64,000 nucleotides of DNA from the NCBI RefSeq assembly GCF_009914755.1, contig NC_060926.1. One strand, given 5' to 3'. The stretch is from the human T2T-CHM13v2.0 reference genome, Homo sapiens. The notes under the pieces were generated by a model that saw only the letters and a list, made by a program, of their open reading frames with translations, was not told where the DNA came from and made no database searches. Shown here one piece after another: positions 48,991 through 64,000 of this stretch (its first letter is position 1; each line of letters starts with the position of its first letter). A program made the translations under genes and the position numbers.

Positions 48991-50853
48991 GAATTTTCTG
49001 CCTGGATAGGCCCAGCCCACTTACACACGTCTAGGAGCCTATGGACAGGCCCATTGGTGTCCACATACATCATCTAGGGTGCCTGAGGATTGGTTGGTCC
49101 TGCCCACCAGCACCCACTGTCTGGAATCATGAAGGCCAGCTCGCTCTCACTATCACATTGGCCACCCAGAGGCCTGCAGATAGGCCTGCCTGGCCTGCTG
49201 CCACCGTAAAGGCCTTTGTGTCCACATACCAGCCAACCTGATGTCCCCATCCTCAGCAAAGCTTTATCACAGCCTCCACTGACAACCGAAGCCTAAGCCA
49301 CTGAAGAAATCATAGATGCCATGAGAGAATCATAGATACCACCATTGATGACAGTAAAAGAAATCATACAGAGACAACACATCTGAACCCACCTAGAATC
49401 AAATCCAGAGCACCCTACCCAGCTAACACTACAGCTACATCTACAGTAAAAGTCTTTCTCTACAAAAGCCAGTCCATAAAATTGGATAAAGCAGCAGTTG
49501 CACAGATATCAAGATAAGGACACAAGAAACATAAAATACTGAGGAAACACGATACCTCCAAAGGAACACAATAATTTTCCACTAACAGATCTCAAAGAAC
49601 CAGGTAATCAATAAAATGCCTGAAAAGGAATTGAAAATAATGATCTTAAGAAAACTCAGCAAGAAACAACAGAACACAGATAGACAATACAAATAAATCA
49701 GGAAAACAATTCATGATCTGAATGAGAAATTAAAGAGGTAAATAGTTAAAGAAACAAATTCTGGAACTGAAGAATTTAATAAATAAAAAACAGTCGAGCA
49801 GAAAGAATTTCTGAACTTTAAGAGAGAGGTCTTTTAAAATAACCCAGTCAAACACACACTAAAAAGGATGAAGAAAGCCTACATAGGACATCATAAAGCA
49901 AACAAATATTTCAATTTTGGGAGTGCCACAAGGAGAAAATATAGGAAAAGGCATAGAAAACCTATTTAACAAAATAATCACTGAAGACCTCCCATGTCTT
50001 GAGAGAGAGATATATATCCAGATACAGGAAGGTCATATGTACTAAAACAGTTTATCCAAAAAGGCCTTTCTAAGACACATTATTTTCAAACTCAAAAGTC
50101 AAAAACAAAGAAAAAATTCTTATGGAACCAAAAACAGCCCAAATAGCCAAAGCATTCCTGAACTAAAAGAACAACATGGAAGGCATCACACTACCTGACT
50201 TCAAAATATACTACAAAGCTATAGTAACCAAAACATAGTATTGATATAAAAACACATAGACCAGTGGAACAGAATAAAGAACACAGAATAAATCTACTTA
50301 TTTACAGCAAATGTGCCAAGAACATACATTGGGGAAAGGACACTCTCTTCAATCAATGGTATTGGGAAACCTGGATATCTGTGTGCAGAGAATGAAACTA
50401 GATACCTATCACCATACCCAAAAATCCACTCCAAGTGGATTAAATACTTAAACATAACACCCCAAACTCTTAGACTACTAGAAGAAAACATGGGGGAAAT
50501 GCTTCCTGACATTAGACTTGGCAAAAACTACATGGCTAAGACTCCAAAAGCACAAGCAACAAAAAGAAAAATAGTTAAGTGGAAATATTAAACTAAAAAG
50601 CTTCTGAACAGCAAAGGAAACAGAGTGAAGAGACAACCTGCAGAATGGGAGGAATATTTACAAACTGTTCATCTGACAAGGGACTGATAACCAGGATATA
50701 TAAGGAACTCAACCGAACAGGAAAACAAACAAAAATCCTATTAAAAAGTGGACAAAAGGTCTGAATAGACATTTCTCAAAAGAAGACATACAAATGGCCA
50801 AGAAATATATTTGAAAAGCTCAACATTACTAATTGTCAGATTAAAACCACAAT

Positions 50854-51045
50854 GAAGTATCATTAGATAGAATGGTTATTATCAAAAAGACAAGAAGTAA
50901 CAAACTGATGAGGATGCAGAGAAAGGTGAACTCTTCCTCTTTGTGTTAGGAAGTATCATTAGTTAGAATGGCTATAATCAAAAAGACAAGAAGTAAACAC
51001 TGATGATGCAGAGAAAGGTGAACTCTTTCTAACTCTTTGTGTTAG
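50854..51045 (+). repeat. ~96-nt tandem duplication inside the L1
   Basis: gaagtatcattag...ctctttgtgttag occurs twice (50854-50949 and 50950-51045). Confidence 0.9.
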
Positions 51046-51127
51046 AATTGTCTCAGTGTTGATGAGAATGTACATTAATGCAGCCATTACGGAAAACGGT
51101 GTGGAGGTTTCTCAAAAAAACTAAAAG

Positions 51128-51459
<332 letters not shown>

Positions 51460-53103
51460 CTATATGATCTAGCAATCCTACTACTGGGTATCTATTCAAA
51501 AGAAAGGAAACCAGTATTGCATCACTTCACAGTAGCTAAGATAGGGAATCAACCTAAATATCCATCAACATATGAATGGATAAAGAAAATTGCAGTATAT
51601 ATACACAGTGGTATACTGTCAAGCCACTAAAAAGAATGAAAATACATCATTTGTGGCCATGTGGATGAACTTGGGGGACATTATGGGTTATGCAAAATAA
51701 CTCAAACATGGAAAGATAAATACCACATGTTCTCACTCATGTGGGAGCTAAAAATTTTTTGAGCTTATGGAAGTAGAGAGTAAAATTGTGGGTATTAGAG
51801 CCTGGGAAGGGAAGGTGAGATAGGGAGCATGGGGAGAGGTTGGTTAATGGACACAAACTTACATCTAGGTTGGTAGAATGATTTCTGGTGTTCTGTAGCA
51901 CCATAGGGTGAATATGGTTAAATACAACTTGTGTATTTTCACAAAGCTAGAAGTGAGGATTTTGAATGTTCACAACCCAACAAAATGATAAGTTTGAGGT
52001 GATGGATATGCTAGTTACCATAATTTGATCATTACATACTGTATACACATATTAGAATATTACTGCATCTCATAAATGTCTACAGTTATTTTATGTCAAC
52101 TAAAAATAAAAAGGAAAAAAGAATTCTTTGCCTAAATCAATATCACACAGACTTCTTTGTTTTCCTCTAAAAGTGTTATGTTTTATGTTAGAGTTTTATA
52201 TTTAGATCTATAATTCCCTCCTGAGTTTACTTTTGTATAAGGTGTGAGGATGTGTCGAGATCCATTTTTTTATATAGGAACATCCATTTGTTCCAGACCA
52301 TTTGTTGAAAAGACTATTCTTTCTCTATTGAATTGCCCTTGCTCTTTTTTTCAAAAATTAATTGACCATATTTGTGTGAGTCTGTTTCTTGGATATCTTT
52401 CCATTGATCTTTGTGTCTGTCCTTTAGCCAATACCATGTTGCCTTGAGTTCTGTATAATAAGTCTTGAATTTGATAATGTGAGTCCTCCAACTTTGTTCT
52501 TAAAATTGTTTGGCTATTCTGGTTCCTTTGCACTTTAATGTATATTTTATAATCCGCTTGTTGATGTCTACGGAAAGTGTGCTAGAATTTTAGTTAGGAT
52601 TGTGTTGTGTCTATAGATCAAATTGTGAAGAAGTCACATCTTAGCAATACTTAGTTTTTGATTCCATGAACACAATATAATCTAATCAGCACATAGATCC
52701 TGTACATATCTTACTGGATTTATACCCAAGTATGAACTGTTTTCTGGTTTTTTTTTTTGTGTGTGTGTGGGGGTGGGGGGACATGTGCTATTTGAAATGG
52801 TATATTCAATTGTTCATTGCTGGTATATGGAAATAAAATTGGCTTCTGTATATTTACCTTTTATCCTATGACCATTCTAAATTTACTTATTAGTTCTAGG
52901 AGCTTTGTCGGGGGGGGGTGTAGATTCTTTGGGATTCTCTACACAAATTATCATGTCACCTACAAATATGGACAGTTTTAATTATTTCTAATCTGCATGC
53001 CTTTTAATTTTTTTTCCTTATTGCAATGTCTAGGACTTGTGCTATGATGTTGAATAGGAGTGGTGAGAGAGGACATCTTTGCCCTATTCTTGATCTTAGG
53101 GGG

Positions 53104-53585
53104 TGTATTAGTTTTCTATTGCTGCATGTCACAAACTGCCACAAACTTACTGGCTTAAACAACACAAATGTATTGTTTTCCAGTTCTATAAGATCAGAGG
53201 CCTTCATTGGATCTCACTGGGCTAAAATGAAGGTGTCAGCAGGACTGCATTCCTTCCTGGAGGTTCTAGGTGAAAATGTGTTTCTTTGCCATTTCTAGCT
53301 TCTAGAGGCCACCCACATTTTTTGCCTCATGGCCCCCTTTCTCCATCTTCAACATAGTGTTATCTCTGTTCCCCTTCTGCAGTCACATTTTCTTCTGCTT
53401 TCCTGTTCTACTTTTAAGAATGCTTGTGGTTTAACTGGGCCCACTCAGGTAACCCAAGATAATTTTCCTATTTTAAGGTCAGCTAATTAACAACCTTAAT
53501 TCCATCTGCAACCTAATTCCCCTTTGCCATATAAGGTAACATACTCACACACTGCAGAGATTAGTACATGGACACCTTTGGGGGA
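53104..53585. mobile_element. MLT1 (MaLR) solo LTR
   Basis: tgtattagttttctattgctgc...ccacaaacttactggcttaaacaacac...aggtgtcagcaggactgcattccttcctggagg. Confidence 0.85.
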
Positions 53586-54646
53586 CCTTAAGTAATGTAA
53601 TAGCTGTAGGGTCTCTGTAAAAAGCTCTTCATTACATTTTTTTAAAAACTCTCTTTGATTTTTAGTTTCTGAGAGTTTTCATCATAAATTGTTGTTTAAT
53701 CTTGTCAAATGCTTTTCCAGAATCTACTGAGGTGATCGTGTTGTTTCTCTTATTTGGTCTGTTATTAGAGTGAATTACATTCATACTCCAATTTTGAGAT
53801 ATGCATGCATTCCTGGGATGAACCCCCAATTGGTCATGAAGTATCATTTATACATTGCTGGATTCAATTTGCTAATATTTTGTTGAGGATTTTTATGTCT
53901 ACGTTTATGGCTAATATGGGATTTTAGTTTCTTTGTCGTGAGTTTGTTATTAGGGTAATGCTGACCTTATAAATGAGGTGGAAGTCTTCCCTTCCCTTCT
54001 CTTTTTCTGGAAGAGATTATAATATTTGTATTATTTAAGCCTTATATGGTTGGTAGAATTTGCCAGTGAACCCACATAGGCCTGGAGTTTTCTATTTTGA
54101 GAATTTTTTTTTTTTTTTTTTTTAATAGATACGGGATCATTCAGACTATTTCTTCTTCAGTGAGTTTTGGAAGTTTGTGTTTTTAAGACATTGGTCCATT
54201 TCTTCAAAGTTATCAAATTCATGACCATAGAGTTGTTTGTAGTGTTAGTTTATTATTCTTTTACTGTATGGGATGTCAGTAGGGATGTCCCCCCGCTTCA
54301 TTCCTAATATTGTTAATTTTTGTCTTTCCTCTCTCTCTGTATTCGCCACCCCTACCCCAGCCACCCTCCTTTTTTTTTAAGTCTGGCTAAAGGTTTATCA
54401 ATTTTGTTGATTGTTTTTAAGCAACCAAAATTCTTAGTTTCATTAGTTTTCTCCTTAGAATTGTATTGATTTGTACTCTGATCTTTGTTATTTTCTCCTG
54501 CTTGCTTTGGTTTTTTTAGTTGTTCTCTTTCTAGTTTCTTTTTTCATTAACTGTAAATTTTTTCCTATTAATATATACCTTTGTCTTATTTCAGTTTCTA
54601 AGAAAACTTCTGCAGGTATCTAGTTTCTTAAGACAATAGTTGGATC

Positions 54647-54830
54647 AGTTTGGCAAATCTTTTGTAAAGGGCCAGATAGTAAATATTTCAGGCTTTGCAG
54701 ACCAAATGATCTGTCACAACTACTCAACTCTGCCGTTGTAATACCAAAGCAGCGATGGATAATACTGACTGTGTTCCAGTAAAACTTTATTTACAAAAAC
54801 AAGCAGGGAAGCAAAGTTTGGCAACCCTTG
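54647..54830. mobile_element. MER58A-like hAT MITE
   Basis: ggcaaatcttttgtaaagggccagatagtaaatattt...ctactcaactctgccgttgta...taaaactttatttacaaaaac. Confidence 0.85.
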
Positions 54831-55439
54831 ATATAAATAATTGATTTAAGCCCTTTTTTTCTAACATAAGTATTTAAGGCTGTAAATTTCCATTTTAGCA
54901 TTGGTTTAGCTGTGTCCCACAAATTTTGGGTTGTCATTTTTATTTGCATTCAGTTTAAAAATTTTTTTATTTCCTTTGAGACTTCTTTTTTGACCTATAG
55001 ACTTAGAAATGTTTAATATTCAATTTCCAAATAATCGAGGATCTTCCCAGGTGTTTTATGGCCCAAGAACATACTTTGTATTATTTTTATTCTCTTAAAT
55101 TATCAAGTATCATATCAATGTCAGATAGGTGTAGTTGATTATGTCATTCAGGTGTACTGTATCATTTTTAATTTTCTACTTATTCTGTCATCTCTGAGAC
55201 TCTACTTAGTCTATCATCACTGACAGGAGAGTGTATTAAGGCATTCATCCCTTTGTTCATTTCTCCTTTCAGTTCTATTAGCTTTTGCCTCATACAGGAG
55301 AATTACATCTTCCATTTAGAATTATGTCTTCTTAGAGGATAGACCTCTTTATTATTATATAATGTCTTTCTTTATCCCTGACAATATTCCTTCTTCAGAA
55401 GAATGCTTTGTCTGATACTAATAAAACTACCCCAGTTGG

Positions 55440-55748
55440 TTTGTTTTGTTTTTGTTTGTTGAGACAGAATCTTGCTCTGTTGCCCAGGCTGGAGTGCAAT
55501 GGCAGTGGCACAATCTTGGCTCACTGCAACCTCCACCTCCCTGATTCAAGTGATTCTCGTGCCTCAGCTTCCAAAATAGCTAGGATTACAGGTGTGCGCC
55601 ACCACACCCAGCTAATTTTTGTATTTTTAGTAGAGACGGGGTTTCGCCATGTTGGCCAGGCTGGTCTCAAACTCCTGACCTCAAGTTATCCGCTCACCTC
55701 AGCCTCCCAAAGTGCTGGGATTACAGGCGTGAACCACCATTCCCAGCC
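55440..55748 (-). mobile_element. Alu
   Basis: Antisense dimer. Confidence 0.95.
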
Positions 55749-56184
55749 TCCTTTTGATTAGTATTTGCATAATATATATCCTTCTCCATCCTTTTTCTTC
55801 TCTGTTTATATTTGAAGTGGGATTCTTGTAGATGGCATATACTTAGGTCTTCCTTTTTTACTGAGCTACATGCCTTTTAAATGGTTTAGATCAGGGATTG
55901 GCAAACTATGGCACAAGTAGAAATTTTTAATTTTACATTTATATATTTAATTTTCAATTGTCTTCATTTCCTTATATAAATCCATGTTTTAATCTATTAT
56001 ATTTCTGCCTCAAAAACTCTTTTTTACATTTCTTAGAAAATAGATCTTCTGGCAATGAATTCCCTCTAGTTTTGTTTGAAAAAGTTTATTTCATCATCAT
56101 ATTTGAAAGATATTTTTGCTGGGTATAGAATTCTGGGTTTATCATTTTTTTCTTTGAAGTGACAGACTTTAAAGATGTCACTTA

Positions 56185-56432
<248 letters not shown>

Positions 56433-56654
56433 AAGATGTCACTTTTTTTCTTATGATTTAAATGGTTTCTGACAAGAAATCTGTGTGTATATAATGCTCC
56501 TTTTCTTCCTCTGCCTCTGATTTGCAGCAATTCAAATATAATATGCCTAGGGATTTTCCCTCTCTTCCCTCCTTCCTCCCCCATCCCCACCATATTTATC
56601 TTATTCTTCTTGTGTCTGTGGCTTGGTGTCTGTCATTAATTTTAGAAAATTCTT

Positions 56655-57062
<408 letters not shown>

Positions 57063-57259
57063 TCAAGTTCACTGATTGTTTCCTCAGCTGTGTCAGTTTT
57101 ACTTACCAGAACATCAAACATATTCTTTATCTCCATTTCCATTTGATTCCTTTTCATAATTTCCATGCCACTGCTGAAATAACCCATCTGATCTTACATG
57201 TTATCCACCATTCCTATTAGAGCCTTTAACATGTTAGTCATACTTAAAATTTGTATCAA

Positions 57260-57610
<351 letters not shown>

Positions 57611-57662
57611 TCAATGGAATTACAATGTACTGCCATTTGGAGTTACCTAAAAATAATAATAG

Positions 57663-58053
<391 letters not shown>

Positions 58054-59007
58054 TGAGGTAGAAAATATTACCATGTCCTTTTTTACAGTCAGGAAATTAA
58101 GGTTAAGTAATAAGATTGTGGCCCTTGACCACACAGAGCTAAAAAAGAATTTACTGGTTTAGATTGAGCAGCTTGCTAAAGAATAATTTTTAATTATTTT
58201 TAATCTGTGTTAGATTTTTTTAAATAATTTCATTTTTAATTGTGGTAAAAAATATAACAAAATTGACCATCTTAATGAGTTTTAAGTATTCAGTTCAGTC
58301 ATGTTAAGTACATTCATATTGTGGTGCAGTAGATTTCCAGAACTTGTTCATCTTGCAAAATTGAAACTCTGTACCCGGTAAACAACAACTCCCCATTTCC
58401 TCGTTCCCCCAGCCCCTGGCAGCCACTAATGTAAGTCCTGTTTCTATGAATTTGATTGACTTTAGATGCCTCATAAGAGAAATTACACAATATTTGTCTT
58501 TTTGAGACTAGCTTGTGTCAGCATAATGCCCTCAAGGTTCATCTACGTTTTGGCATGCAGAGGGCCTTCCTAAGGCTGAATAATATTAATATTACATTGT
58601 ATGTATATACCACATTTTGCTTACCACTCATCTGCTGATGGACATTTGGGCTGCTTCCACCTCTTGGCTATTGTGAATAATGCTGCAATGAACATGAGTG
58701 TTCAGATATCTCTTCAATACCCTGATTTCAGTTCTTTTGGATCTGTAGCAAAAAGTGGGATTGCTGGATCATATGGTAAATTTTGTTCTTAATTTTTTGA
58801 GGAACCTCCATTCCATTTTCCATAGCAGCTGCACCATTTTACATTCCTACCAACAGTACACAAGAGTTCCAGTTTCCTCACATCCTCATCAACAATGGGT
58901 ATTTTCTGCTGGTGGTGGTTTTTTGATAGTAGCCATCCTAATGGTTGTGAGGTGATACCTAGTGGTTTTGATTTGCATTTCCCTAGTGATTAGTGATGTT
59001 GAGCATC

Positions 59008-59309
59008 TTTTTTTTTTTTTTTTTTTTTCTGAGATGGAGGCTCGCTCTGTTGCCTAGGTAGAGTGCCGTGGTGCAATCTCGGCTTACTGCAACCTCTGCC
59101 TCCCGGGTTTAAGTGATTCTCCTGCCTCAGCCTCCTGAGTAGCTGGGACTACAGGCACCCACCACCATACCTGGCTAATTTTTGTATTTTTAATAGAGAT
59201 GGAGTTTCACCATGTTGGCCAGGCTGGTCTTGAACTCCTGACCTCATGATCCACCCGCCTCTGCCTCCCAAAGTGCTGGGATTACAGGCATGAGCCACCG
59301 CACCCAGCC
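59008..59309 (-). mobile_element. Alu
   Basis: Antisense dimer, TSD ttgagcatctttt. Confidence 0.95.
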
Positions 59310-59436
59310 TATATTGAGCATCTTTTTATAGGCCATTTATATATCTCTGGAGAAATCTCTGTTCAAGTCCCTATGCCCATTTTTTAAATTGGGTTATTTT
59401 GCTGTTGAGTTCAAAAGTTCTTTATATATTCTAGAT

Positions 59437-59883
59437 TTTTTTTTTCCCTTTCTTTTGAGACAGCATCTTGCTGTCTCCCAAGCTGTGGTATAGTGGCATG
59501 ATCATGGCTCACTGCAGCCTCGACCTCCCGGCCTCCAACCTCAGCTTCCTGAGTAGCTGAGACTACACGCACACACCACCTAACTAATTTTTAATTGAGA
59601 CAGGTTCTTGGTTTGTCACCCAGGTTGGAATGCAGGTGGCAGGATCACGGCTCACTGCAACCTAAGACCTCCTGGGCTTAAGCAGTCCTCCCACCTCAGC
59701 TTCCTGAGCAGCTGGGACTACAGGCATGTGCCACCACACTTGGCTAAATTTTTAAAAATTTTTTTTTAGAGACAGGGTCTTAATATATTGCCCAGGCTGT
59801 TCTTGAACACATGGGTTCAAGAGATTCTCCCACCTCAGCCTCCCAAAGTGCTGGGATTATAGGCGTGAGCCATACACCTTGCC
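59437..59883 (-). mobile_element. Composite AluJ-type (extra right arm plus full dimer)
   Basis: Two right arms and one left arm between tattctagat repeats. Confidence 0.85.
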
Positions 59884-60425
59884 TATTCTAGATCTTAACC
59901 CCTTAGCAGATATATGATTTGCAGATATTTCTTCTCATTCTGTAGGTTGCCTTTTCACTATTTATTGTCTTTCGATGTGCAGAAGTTTTTTAGTTGGATA
60001 TAGTCCTATTTGTCTATTTTTGCTTTTGTTACCTCTGCTTTTGGTGTTGTATTTAAGATATTACTGCCAAATCCAATGTCAGAGAGTGTTTTCTTCTAGA
60101 AGTTTTATAGTTTTAGGTCTTACGGTTAGGTCTTTGATCTATTTTGAGTTAATATTTGTGTACAACATAAGGTGCGGCCCAACCTCACTCTTTTGCATGT
60201 GGATATCCAGGTTTCCCAGCACCATTTGTTGAAGAGACTGTTAGATTTTTTTAAATGCCCTGAAATGATTAGTTTGTAAGATTTTCTATTTAAAGGATTG
60301 TTACACATTGAAATTTAGCTTTAATGTTTTCTTAGTTATTGATATGGATAGAATTTCAAGTTTTGCAGGAATTATGCAGAATATTTTAATTAATAGTAAG
60401 ATGTAATTTTTAAGTGGTCATTTAG

Positions 60426-60752
<327 letters not shown>

Positions 60753-60929
60753 TAAAATTTTAATATAAGGTAATTTCCAAGTAATTCTGTATATCTTTTC
60801 CAATGCTTAATATATACTAAAATGTTGGTTGCTGTGAGCTATTTCTTTAAAAAAGAAAAAAAAAAGGTAATCCAAAATAAATATGTGGAAATCATTTGCA
60901 TAATTTTTCCCGTCCTCTTTTGCTTGTAG

Positions 60930-61074
60930 GGAAGCAGCTCGAGAGTGTCGTAGAAAGAAGAAAGAATATGTGAAATGTTTAGAAAACAGAGTGGCAGTGC
61001 TTGAAAATCAAAACAAGACATTGATTGAGGAGCTAAAAGCACTTAAGGACCTTTACTGCCACAAATCAGATTAA
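60930..61074 (+). CDS. CREB1: CREB1 last coding exon: basic region and leucine zipper
   Basis: ttgtag|GGAAGCAGCT...TCAGATTAA; EAARECRRKKKEYVKCLENRVAVLENQNKTLIEELKALKDLYCHKSD*. Confidence 0.99.

Positions 61075-64000
<2,926 letters not shown>

Larger units (their letters stand above)
58230..60240 (-). mobile_element. L1MA/MB-type 3' region (antisense), interrupted by Alus
   Basis: gatggacatttgggctgcttccacctcttggctattgtgaataatgctgc; cccagcaccatttgttgaagagactg. Confidence 0.88.

Overview
Human-type (primate, Alu-rich) genomic DNA containing the whole coding region of CREB1 on the + strand. Eight coding exons (19635-61074, including the 42-nt alternative alpha exon) splice to 1026 nt, or 341 aa plus stop, followed by the start of the 3' UTR. 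Exon 1 and the promoter lie upstream of the window. The introns hold about 43 Alus plus L1, Tigger/MER, MLT1, MIR and L2 relics, and almost every ORF in the supplied track is a repeat artefact. The most notable signals are: (1) a 63-nt stop-restart cassette (40646-40708) that splits CREB into an activation-only protein and a bZIP-only protein, matching the reported testis W exon; (2) a second candidate cassette beside it; (3) an antisense terminal exon (46175 to ~44647) inside the last intron; (4) four acceptors that regenerate a 5' splice site (AG|GTA), suggesting recursive splicing; and (5) several retrotransposon oddities. I found no wholly new biological system that I can support. Repeat boundaries and subfamilies were read by eye and are approximate.
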